Origin: Octopus bimaculoides | Taxonomy: Eukaryota | Length of the DNA stretch: 60,574 nt | Reading direction: 5' to 3' | Assembly: GCF_001194135.2 (NCBI RefSeq) | Contig: NC_068984.1 | Location: forward strand, 124,488,441 to 124,549,014 | In this document: in pieces, positions 50,041 to 60,574 of the stretch | Numbering within the stretch: position 1 is the stretch's first letter | Layout: the number at the start of each line of letters is the position of its first letter | Made by a program: the position numbers and the translations under genes | The notes under the pieces: model-generated | What the model was told of the DNA's origin: nothing | Seen by the model: the letters and a program-made list of their open reading frames with translations, nothing else | The model's database searches: none

Positions 50041-50638
50041 GCTATGGGTACATCCCTATTTAATAGACTAATGAATGACAAAAAGAAAACGAAAAGGAGA
50101 AGAAAAACAAACATATCTGTGTAAATTGTGTCTCAGTTACTAATCTGTCTGAAGAAGGTGATGAGCGAATGTTTTTATCTTTGCCGACTTCTTCCTTTCT
50201 AAACAAAACGTCCAACCCCCNNNNNNNNNNNNNNNNNNNNNNNNNNNNNNNNNNNNNNNNNNNNNNNNNNNNNNNNNNNNNNNNNNNNNNNNNNNNNNNN
50301 NNNNNNNNNNNNNNNNNNNNNNNNNNNNNNNNNNNNNNNNNNNNNNNNNNNNNNNNNNNNNNNNNNNNNNNNNNNNNNNNNNNNNNNNNNNNNNNNNNNN
50401 NNNNNNNNNNNNNNNNNNNNNNNNNNNNNNNNNNNNNNNNNNNNNNNNNNNNNNNNNNNNNNNNNNNNNNNNNNNNNNNNNNNNNNNNNNNNNNNNNNNN
50501 NNNNNNNNNNNNNNNNNNNNNNNNNNNNNNNNNNNNNNNNNNNNNNNNNNNNNNNNNNNNNNNNNNNNNNNNNNNNNNNNNNNNNNNNNNNNNNNNNNNN
50601 NNNNNNNNNNNNNNNNNNNNNNNNNNNNNNNNNNNNNN

Positions 50639-50711
<73 letters not shown>

Positions 50712-51052
50712 CACACAACATAGACAAACATACAAACACACAGAAACACACACTTGTTCACGCAAACACACACTTGTTCACGCAAACACACACACATACA
50801 CACAAACACACACACACAAATTCATAGAACGCATCACACTCAACATGTATTAATCGTAGATAACACACCAACATACACACGCAAACACTGAATCACACAT
50901 TGCTCACAGTATACATACGTACACAAGCCCGCACAGAAACACATACGCGCGCGCATACACACGTACACACACACACACACACACATCTAGGAAACCATCA
51001 CATCAATGCTACTTCTACAAATCAGCAAAATCTTCAAGTTTACTGTCTAAAG

Positions 51053-51316
51053 CAGTTATTCTCAACCATTTTTCATCTATGCACCCTTTTGATCCCTATT
51101 TTACATGGGTGGACCCTCACAGCCATTCGATATTTAATAAAACCTTATTGCATATTTATATTTAAATATTATTAGAAATTGCATTAAAAGGTTGGTAAAA
51201 TATTTTGCGTATTATAATACGCAAAATATAACCATTTTTACTGCACAGAAATCTAAACGACCGAATCTTACATAGACCCTCTCAAGGGTCAAATGAGCCC
51301 CCGTTGAGAACCACTG
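51053..51316. mobile_element. hAT (Charlie-like) MITE
   Basis: TIRs CAGTTATTCTCAAC and GTTGAGAACCACTG; 8-bp flanks GTCTAAAG and GTCTCAGG (6/8 match). Confidence 0.85.
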
Positions 51317-51564
51317 GTCTCAGGAAGAATCACTCGAAAATGTAGTCCAGGGTATATACTATGCCTTTAAATTTTTGAATGGTCACAACACCCTTTATAA
51401 TAGACCTGCCCCATGTAAAATCTATGAAAAACTAAGTCTACTAAAGAAATTATACAGAATTATACACTGCGAAGCACCTACGATAAGTGGCTTCTACTAA
51501 CAGCCTCGGCCCGAACTAGACTTATGAGTTGATTTAGTAAACGGAAACTGTGTGGAATACTTAC

Positions 51565-51604
<40 letters not shown>

Positions 51605-51923
51605 NNNNNNNNNNNNNNNNNNNNNNNNNNNNNNNNNNNNNNNNNNNNNNNNNNNNNNNNNNNNNNNNNNNNNNNNNNNNNNNNNNNNNNNNNNNNNNNN
51701 NNNNNNNNNNNNNNNNNNNNNNNNNNNNNNNNNNNNNNNNNNNNNNNNNNNNNNNNNNNNNNNNNNNNNNNNNNNNNNNNNNNNNNNNNNNNNNNNNNNN
51801 NNNNNNNNNNNNNNNNNNNNNNNNNNNNNNNNNNNNNNNNNNNNNNNNNNNNNNNNNNNNNNNNNNNNNNNNNNNNNNNNNNNNNNNNNNNNNNNNNNNN
51901 NNNNNNNNNNNNNNATATATTAT

Positions 51924-52120
51924 CTTCGAAACGTCGAGTTAGAGTAGAGGCAGCTGATGAATAATTCCAAGTGGCTTTCTGTTTTTCTATGTGTTCGTTC
52001 CGTTGTCTGTAGTTCATTGTTCTAACGTCCTGTACCCTGATATGCATCTATATACACATGTAGATGAAAGTATATACATATATGTGTGTATACATGCATA
52101 TATATTTTTTGTATTATATA
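51924..52120 (+). repeat. Left copy of a ~200-bp inverted repeat pair
   Basis: Reverse complement of 54398-54599 with about a dozen differences. Confidence 0.92.
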
Positions 52121-52754
52121 TATACATACATACATACATATATGTACACTTGAAGCGACCCAGGTGTTGTAAGCGAAAATAGATGAGACGGATTAAAACT
52201 GTGCTGAAGCACATCGGATGGAGTGAACATATAATTCAGAAGGCCCTCTGACCAACTTATGGTTGCACGGAATAATACGTAACTGTTTTCGAGGACCAAT
52301 CATATACCTTATATTTCTCTCTTTGGGTCTCGCTACTTTTTGTGATACTCCTTGTTTCTATAATTTCTGTCAATTCTACCGTCAACCTTGTTGCCAATTC
52401 ATTAAAGAATATATCATCATAGCTAAATACACTTTGCTTTTTTTTATTCTTTCTTGATTTAAATTCATAAATTTTTTTTTCACCCGCCTCTCTTGTTTTA
52501 CGCGATCTATACCTTGTTCTGTCACTTTAAATCATTGCCTTCTACAATCTTTCATCTAATTATTTCCTCATCTTGAATGACTTTTTCAACCGTATTATCT
52601 TTCGACAAACAAAAGCAAATAATTAACAAATGACAGTTAGTACAATTACCAGATTATCATACTTATGTCCATCGAGCGAGGTTGGCAGTTTAGCCACCAT
52701 TGAATAGAAATTCATAATAGGGTAACATGAAAATATATCATGTGTGTGTATATA

Positions 52755-52943
52755 TATGTTTCAGTCACTAGACTACAGCTACGGTGGGGTACCGCCTTGA
52801 AGAATTTTAGGCGAACAAATCGACACCAGTACTTAGAATTTTAAATCTGTTACTCTATCGATTTATTTTGCCGAACCGCTAGTTTATAAGAAGTAAACTA
52901 GCTATCGAGTGGTAGCGGCGGGTGTCAAACACAGACTCAATGA

Positions 52944-52980
<37 letters not shown>

Positions 52981-53150
52981 TTATATTTATATGTATACTA
53001 TATACGACGGCCTTCTTTGAGTTTCCGTCTACCAAATCAATTAATAAGAATTTGGTCCGCCAAAGACTATAGTAGAAGACACTTGGGATTGAAACCGGAA
53101 GCATGTGGCTGGAAAGCAAGATTCTTAGCAGACAGCCACACTTGTACCTA
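52755..53150 (-). mobile_element. SINE family D, near full length with internal (CA)n
   Basis: Tail, internal (CA)n, core ACGACGGCCTTCTTTGAGTTTCCGTCTACCAAATC and head are all in order. Confidence 0.82.
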
Positions 53151-53622
53151 TNNNNNNNNNNNNNNNNNNNNNNNNNNNNNNNNNNNNNNNNNNNNNNNNN
53201 NNNNNNNNNNNNNNNNNNNNNNNNNNNNNNNNNNNNNNNNNNNNNNNNNNNNNNNNNNNNNNNNNNNNNNNNNNNNNNNNNNNNNNNNNNNNNNNNNNNN
53301 NNNNNNNNNNNNNNNNNNNNNNNNNNNNNNNNNNNNNNNNNNNNNNNNNNNNNNNNNNNNNNNNNNNNNNNNNNNNNNNNNNNNNNNNNNNNNNNNNNNN
53401 NNNNNNNNNNNNNNNNNNNNNNNNNNNNNNNNNNNNNNNNNNNNNNNNNNNNNNNNNNNNNNNNNNNNNNNNNNNNNNNNNNNNNNNNNNNNNNNNNNNN
53501 NNNNNNNNNNNNNNNNNTATAAATTCATTTATGAATAATATAGAGTCTATTGACTAATTTTTTCTTCTCGCTAGACCACTAGTAGAAAATAGAATTTCTA
53601 AAGGTTTTTTGCTACCCTCAGA

Positions 53623-53845
53623 AGGCTGTTCCGTTGATCGGATCAACTGAAACCCTCGTCGTCGTAACCGACGGAGTGCCACAATATATATATATATATA
53701 TTCGGCAAAAGAGACCGATAGAATAAGTACTAGGCTTACAAAGAATAAGTCCTGGGGTCGATTTGTTCGACTAAAGGTGGTGCTCCAGCATGGCCGCAGT
53801 CAAATGACTGAAACAAGTAAAAGAGTAAAAGAGTAAAAGAGAGTA
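53623..53845 (+). mobile_element. SINE A 3' end and SINE D 3' end, both on the plus strand
   Basis: AGGCTGTTCCGTTGATCGGATCAACTGAAACCCTCGTCGTCGTAACCGACGGAGTGCC, then TTCGGCAAAAGAGACCGATAG..GACTGAAACAAGTAAAAGAGTAAAAGAG. Confidence 0.88.
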
Positions 53846-54364
53846 TGCAATATATATACACACACACACATTAAAAACGATCAAAGGTCCTTCCTGAGCT
53901 ATAGTCTCATAAAATCGGTTTTCCAGATTCTGTGACGTATATATTCCCTGCTGGACGTGTGTAAGTCTTTGATATCAAAGACTTACACACCATCAGTACC
54001 CCACATCCATATACACTACATTCTTTATATATATTTTCTAATTATTTAATTTTTATTTTATTTTGTATCTCTCATTCTTAACAATAACGTCATGACCCCA
54101 AATAAGAACACACCCCTACCCCATTTATGTTAGGCACTTTCTGATTCCATTCCTGTACTTTCTGCTTCCTCATTTGAACATATCCAGCCGAACTGATAGA
54201 ATCTCTCAATGCAGCGAAACTGAAATGTAAATCCCCGCAGTTAAAAGCATATTATGCCACATGAGGAGTCTCCTCTGCACTGTGCGTTGAATCTGGTGTT
54301 ACTGCACCATGCATGTATCTATGTATCTATGTATCTATGTATCTATGTATACACACACACACAG

Positions 54365-54397
<33 letters not shown>

Positions 54398-54403
<6 letters not shown>

Positions 54404-54599
54404 ATACAAAGAATATGTATGCATGTATACACACATATATGTACATACTTACATCTATATGTGTATATAGATGCATATCAGGGTTTCAGGACGTTAGAAA
54501 AATGAACTACAGACAACGGAACGAACACATAGGAAAACAGAAAGCCACTTGGAATTAATCCTTCGTCAGCTGCCTCTATTCTAACTAGACGTTTCGAAG
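54398..54599 (-). repeat. Right copy of the inverted repeat pair
   Basis: See 51924-52120. Confidence 0.92.
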
Positions 54600-54686
54600 G
54601 GAGAATTCACGAAAAAACAAAAGACGAAGATAGGTAGCGTAGAAAACAAATAGATGTATTAGTATAACGCTCGGGAACTGAGAAAG

Positions 54687-54724
54687 TCTTTAACGTTTCG
54701 AGCCTACGCTCTTCCCCAGAAAGG
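54687..54724 (-). ncRNA. Minimal type I hammerhead-like motif with a mutated core
   Basis: CTTT-CTGGGGA-A-GAGC-GTAG-GCTC-GAAAC-GT-T-AAAG: stem I CTTT/AAAG, stem II GAGC/GCTC and ACGT stem III. A6 is changed to G, so this copy is probably inactive. Confidence 0.55.
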
Positions 54725-55521
54725 AACACAGAAAGAAACAAGGAGAGAAAAAAATGTGTGTAGTGGTTAGCGATCTATCNNNNNNNNNNNNNNNNNNNNN
54801 NNNNNNNNNNNNNNNNNNNNNNNNNNNNNNNNNNNNNNNNNNNNNNNNNNNNNNNNNNNNNNNNNNNNNNNNNNNNNNNNNNNNNNNNNNNNNNNNNNNN
54901 NNNNNNNNNNNNNNNNNNNNNNNNNNNNNNNNNNNNNNNNNNNNNNNNNNNNNNNNNNNNNNNNNNNNNNNNNNNNNNNNNNNNNNNNNNNNNNNNNNNN
55001 NNNNNNNNNNNNNNNNNNNNNNNNNNNNNNNNNNNNNNNNNNNNNNNNNNNNNNNNNNNNNNNNNNNNNNNNNNNNNNNNNNNNNNNNNNNNNNNNNNNN
55101 NNNNNNNNNNNNNNNNNNNNNNNNNNNNNNNNNNNNNNNNNNNNNNNNNNNNNNNNNNNNNNNNNNNNNNNNNNNNNNNNNNNNNNNNNNNNNNNNNNNN
55201 NNNNNNNNNNNNNNNNNNNNNNNNNNNNNNNNNNNNNNNNNNNNNNNNNNNNNNNNNNNNNNNNNNNNNNNNNNNNNNNNNNNNNNNNNNNNNNNNNNNN
55301 NNNNNNNNNNNNNNNNNNNNNNNNNNNNNNNNNNNNNNNNNNNNNNNNNNNNNNNNNNNNNNNNNNNNNNNNTTATACATCCACAATCACGCACAAATAC
55401 ATTTAAAGGAAGGAACAAACAAACTCAAGCACGCACACAGACACACACATTACACACGATACACATAGACATATTGTTTGTATAGTGATATATATGCGTG
55501 TGTGTGTGTGTGGGTGTGTTT

Positions 55522-55568
<47 letters not shown>

Positions 55569-55897
55569 TGTGTGTGTGTGTGTGTATGCGTGTGTGTATA
55601 CATGCGGATACGGATTCCAGGACACACAGGATAACGCGTTGACATGAGTCCATAAAACATTAATCCCTAAAGCCAGGTCAACCTCGACATGTTCTTGTCT
55701 GACCCGAAACGACCCTTGTTACTCTAAACCCCACGTCTTGAGAGAGAAACCCACATTCTTTCTCTCTGTTGACATAAAACTTGACAAAAGAGGAAGCAGA
55801 GGCGACGTGTTCCGACTGGCTGGTTGGCTGGCTGGCTGGCACGTTGGCTGGTTGATGACTGGCTGGTCAGTCTGTGTCACACACACACACACACACT

Positions 55898-55948
<51 letters not shown>

Positions 55949-56469
55949 GCATTTGCGTATATAGGAATGCGTGTCTGTACGCATTTATTTGTTTGTATAA
56001 ATATATTTTGTCTATATATTTTCATATGCGACAATTGAAATGCCTGTGAATTTGTATTCTGCTATATTTTCCTGTTAATGTACTATGTTTTTATGTTTTC
56101 TTCTTCAGAATACGATCTCTTTTTATTTGAACCTTGGGCCCCTTGCAACGTCATAAATTAATTAGTGCTTTTAACTGTCAAGGGTGCCTTAGCTTTGTTG
56201 TTCAAAATTGTGTTGATTTACTTACAATGCACCCCTCACAATATACGTCTTTCAAACCTCTACGACACAAGCAAACATTGTATGCTTCTCTATTATTCTG
56301 AGTTATTCCTGCTATATAGTTTCTAAGATATTTTCTTACATTTATTTGTCTATCCTATGAAGTTGTCTCACTGAGGCGTACTTAAAGAAATGAAATAATT
56401 TAATTAATCATTTTTGTTTTCCTCTTGTTATTTCATTATCGTTTATTTATTTATCTATTTATTATTCTG

Positions 56470-56710
56470 GCAAAATCGTTAGCACGCTGGTTAAAGTGTT
56501 GAGCGGCATTCTTGTGGGTTGACACGCTTGATTTTAAACCCTGAGTTGGTCGACTTTGTCTTCTTCCCTTAGTATCGATAAAAAGCAGTACCAGATGAGC
56601 ACTGGGGTCGATGAAATCGACTATCCCCACCCCAAAATTTCAGGCCTTGTGCCAATAGTAGACAGGATCATTAATATTAACATGAAGGCGGTGAGCTGGC
56701 AGAATCATTG
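56470..56710 (+). mobile_element. SINE family B copy plus the head fragment of a second copy
   Basis: CTGGCAAAATCGTTAGCACGC..GTACCAGATGAGCACTGGGGTCGATG..AAGGCGGTGAGCTGGCAGAATC. Confidence 0.8.
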
Positions 56711-56739
56711 TATACATACATACATACATACATACATAA

Positions 56740-56772
<33 letters not shown>

Positions 56773-56849
56773 TATATAATATATATATACGTATAATATA
56801 CGAGGACGCAAAAATAACAAACATCACTTGCCAACCGGTGTTTGTTTGT

Positions 56850-56963
56850 TGTTCCATAACACAAAATATACAAGTATACGAACTTTGAATGAAAGTGCTT
56901 CGGTACCAAAAACACTACATAAAACATAAATGAAAAGTGGTGCCCGTCAATTCAGAAGGATCC
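56850..56963. mobile_element. Long-TIR MITE right-arm fragment
   Basis: CATAACACAAAATATACAAGTATACGAACTTTG..CGGTACCAAAAACACTACATAAAACAT..GGATCC is similar to 1715-1819. Confidence 0.78.
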
Positions 56964-57800
56964 ATATATATATATAGTTAAAGAAGTGATTTTAAATTCT
57001 CAATCACAGGATAATGCTAATAATATAGCCTGAACTACCACTATTTTGCAGAAAAAAGTGTAGGTGGTTAGCTGTGGACATATATATATATATNNNNNNN
57101 NNNNNNNNNNNNNNNNNNNNNNNNNNNNNNNNNNNNNNNNNNNNNNNNNNNNNNNNNNNNNNNNNNNNNNNNNNNNNNNNNNNNNNNNNNNNNNNNNNNN
57201 NNNNNNNNNNNNNNNNNNNNNNNNNNNNNNNNNNNNNNNNNNNNNNNNNNNNNNNNNNNNNNNNNNNNNNNNNNNNNNNNNNNNNNNNNNNNNNNNNNNN
57301 NNNNNNNNNNNNNNNNNNNNNNNNNNNNATATATATATATATATATAAACAAATAGTAAATGAGTATATGCATATATACGTACAGGTATGTGCATACCGA
57401 CATCCACCTGTATGTATAGGTGCATATATATAGAATGTTATGTCAATGCATTTATGAAGTATTACTCTGTGATTATTTCCTTTAAAATGCCGTCATTTTT
57501 GATGGGTCCGTTAAACAAGTTGACATAATCATGTTTATTGAGTTGATACTGTCTACCTTCATGTTAAGTTTCATGAATATTCATCAGATATTCAGGTGAA
57601 TTATCTATCAGATGGACACGTATCTGTTTCTCCAACTGCCTGCCTACCTGTCTGTCGATCAATCGATTGATCTGTCTAAATGTCTTTATCATTAACTTAA
57701 TTTAAACATTATATCTGTGTGCATATATGTGGTTTGTGTGTACGCGCTGCTTGATACGTGAACACACTGAGAGGCATACGTACATACACATGTACATACA

Positions 57801-57833
<33 letters not shown>

Positions 57834-57845
57834 GCATGCATACAT

Positions 57846-58023
57846 GAGGTGCTGAAAAGTTCCTGGCTTTAAGGGTGTCGCGAAAGGTCTGGCTGGAGGC
57901 CCAACCTCTCAAGTCCTTTTACAGAGCTTGGAAAAACTGAAGGACCGCTGCGATAAGCATGTGAATCTGATCTTCCTGTATTTTCTTTTACCCAAAGCCA
58001 GGGACTTTTCAGCACCTCCTCGT
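57846..58023 (+). mobile_element. Mariner-derived MITE
   Basis: 25-bp TIRs GAGGTGCTGAAAAGT(T/C)CCTGGCTTT; internal LQSLEKLKDRCDKHVNL is a mariner C-terminus remnant. Confidence 0.9.
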
Positions 58024-58124
58024 GTATATATATACACACATATATGAAGCCGCGGAGACGTCAATAAATATTTAATTGTTGCTCCAGCACTTAAACGTGC
58101 AATATACACACACGAGAGAGAGAG

Positions 58125-58166
<42 letters not shown>

Positions 58167-59153
58167 CGTGCATGCGTGTGTGCATGTGTGTGCGTGTGTG
58201 TGTGTGTGTGTGTGCGCGTGTTTGCGTGTCTGTGTGTGTGCGTGTGTGCGTGTGATTATGCATGTCTATTCCAACTGTCGTATTAGTTACTGCTCACGAA
58301 CAGCATGCTTTTCTACATTTTCTAATTTTTTTGTCTCACACTCTTATCTAAAATAAATAAATATAAAAATAAATAAAATGGAATTTAAATAATAAAAAAA
58401 AAAATGCAAAACAAAAGCAGATACGAACAAGAAGGAGAGGATTGTGTTGTTATTCTATTCTATTTCCGATATAAATTCGCCAAAAACAAACACGCGGGGC
58501 ATTTATATGGCCACAACGTTAAGAGCCAAGGAAAGGAATAGATGAGACTCCATGAAAAGACTAAGGTTTCTAATCTGGATTTAACCCGCTTCTACGCGGT
58601 CACCTCACGCCCTTAACATCTGTCTACTTAAGTGGAGAGCGAGAAAGAGAGAGACAGAGAGTGAGAGAGAGAGAGAGTATGAAAATAGAAAGAAAAAGTG
58701 AAGGAGGAAAAGATGAGAGTGGAAACGATGTTGTTAATGTCAAATCTTTTGTGACCATTAGCAGTTTGAAACATATTTGCGTTTGTTCTCATGTCAGTGG
58801 CTGAGTGTATCAAGTGGGGAGGTGTGAGTAGGGACTGTAACAATAAGGGAATAAGGGACCTCAGTGTATGGGAAAACAATAGAGGCTGATAGGATGTGCA
58901 AACATAAGTAAGAAAGTTGACCTGACATGTTGAAACCACCTGAAAATGAATTGAAACAGCTTACTGCTCAGGGCTAAGTAACGGGTGAGGGATATCATAA
59001 ATATGGCCATCACTCGCAAGCGAGTATAGTATGGTAGCTTTCAGAAATTGTTTTAGGTGTTTAAGTAGTCGCAAGGTGTAGGCATCTCGGCGCGCTACAC
59101 CTTTAATCTAGTGGAACATATAAGCTGTGATAGGTACAAGGAGAGAGAGGGAC

Positions 59154-59202
<49 letters not shown>

Positions 59203-59450
59203 GTGAGAGAGCTAAAGAGAGAGAGAGAGAGCTAGGGAGAGGGAGTAGCACCAACGCTTGGTTGCTCCTCTTTCTCAGTTGAGTAGACTGCAGCAAAGTG
59301 AACTGTAGTGCCTTGCTTCAAATCACAGCACGTTCTCCTGGTCGGACCTATGACCGACCATATAATCGTTAATTCGATACCTGAACGACTAGAGCACGCT
59401 CTCACACAATTGATAAAACTGGAACCTTTTATTATATGGCACGCGCTAAT

Positions 59451-59655
59451 GCGGTGAGCTGGCAGAATCGTTAGCGAAATGCTTAGCAGTATTTCGTCTA
59501 TCGCTACGTTCTGAGTTCAAATTCCGCCGAGGTCGACTTTGCCTTTCATCCTTTCGGGATCGATAAATTAAATACCAGTCAAGTACTGGGGTCGATGTAA
59601 TCAACTATCCCTCCGCCTCCCAAAATTGTTGCCTTTGTGGCAAAATTTGAAATCA
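59451..59655 (+). mobile_element. SINE family B
   Basis: GCGGTGAGCTGGCAGAATCGTTAGC..GTTCTGAGTTCAAATTCCGCCGAGGTCGACTTTGCCTTTCATCC. Confidence 0.9.
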
Positions 59656-59662
59656 TTATATA

Positions 59663-60005
59663 GTTGTTGTAAGCACTCCGTCACTTACAACGTTGAGGGT
59701 TCCAGTTGATCCGATCAACGGAACAGCCTGCTCGTGAAATTAACGGGCAAGTGGCTGAGCACTCCACAGACACGTGTACCCTTAACGTAGTTCTCGGGGA
59801 TATTCAGCGTGACAAGGCTGGCCCTTTGAATTAGAAGTACAACAGAAACAGGAAGAAAGAGTGAGAGAAAGTTGTGGTGAAAGAGTACAGCAGGGTTCTC
59901 CACCATCCCCTGCCGGAGCCTCGTGGAGCTTTAGGTGTTTTCGCTCAATAAACACTCACAACGTCCGGTCTGGGAATCGAAACCGCGACCCTATGATCGC
60001 GAGTC
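59663..60005 (-). mobile_element. SINE family A lacking about 30 nt of its head
   Basis: Collinear with 25343-25700, breaking after GCGAGTC. Confidence 0.92.
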
Positions 60006-60524
60006 TATGCTTGTTATCTATAGATAACAAGCAAAGCGTTGGCGTAATGGTAACGCATCTATTTCTTCGTTATAACCGTTTTAACAGCATATAAGTTAAA
60101 TAGATCCTTTAAATGTTTGAAAACACGAATATAGGCGAAGATTATGTAATACCGATTATATAATATTGATTATATCGCGTAAAAGCCGTACTTAATGCGC
60201 GAATAGACATTGAAATCTGGGACATAATATAACAGTATAAGTGTGCTTTTAGCACGAATCGAACTCAAGTTTTAGAAATAGCGCCAACGTGCATTTGTCA
60301 AACTGAGCTTCCACTAACTCCCATCACTTACTTGTTGCATGATTGATTATATTTATAATTAAGTTAATAAATTAATATTCATAATTCTTAATGTTTAGTA
60401 ATACAATATTCCAGTTGTGCAAAAGTGGCCCGCCAGAGAATTAATTAACCACAAATATTTATTTTGTAAATATATTTCTATTGGGAAAAACAGACTTAAA
60501 CGAGTACGCACATATGTTCAGACA

Positions 60525-60574
<50 letters not shown>

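Noticed and set aside
52258-52530. ~90-codon stop-free minus frame (..IFFNELATRLTVEL..)
   Set aside because: A purine-rich strand lowers stop frequency; no motif or splice support.

Overview
AT-rich, microsatellite-saturated eukaryotic non-coding DNA from a gapped short-read assembly (about 21 N-gaps, roughly 8.5-9 kb, nearly all abutting simple repeats). The repeat content looks like an Octopus genome; this is inference from remembered repeat families, not a search. I see no intact host gene, rRNA, true tRNA gene or CRISPR array. Almost all ORFs in the supplied track are microsatellite or gap artefacts. The recognisable content is transposon debris: four tRNA-headed SINE families (labelled A, B, D, E here, many copies); internally deleted Tc1/mariner, hAT and Chapaev3-like DNA transposons; HERO-like, R4/Dong-like, CR1/L2-like and RTE-like LINE 3' ends; and Penelope-like (PLE) remnants. 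The most interesting signals are: several different minimal hammerhead-ribozyme-like motifs in short PLE-type repeats, two of which show stem covariation; a ~200-bp inverted repeat pair carrying a permuted hammerhead-like core; an intact tandem C2H2 zinc-finger module on a retroposon 3' end; perfect loopless palindromes at SINE break points; and a long-TIR MITE carrying TTAGGG repeats. One weak first-exon candidate lies at 35216-35403. Coordinates were read by eye; SINE boundaries are approximate.
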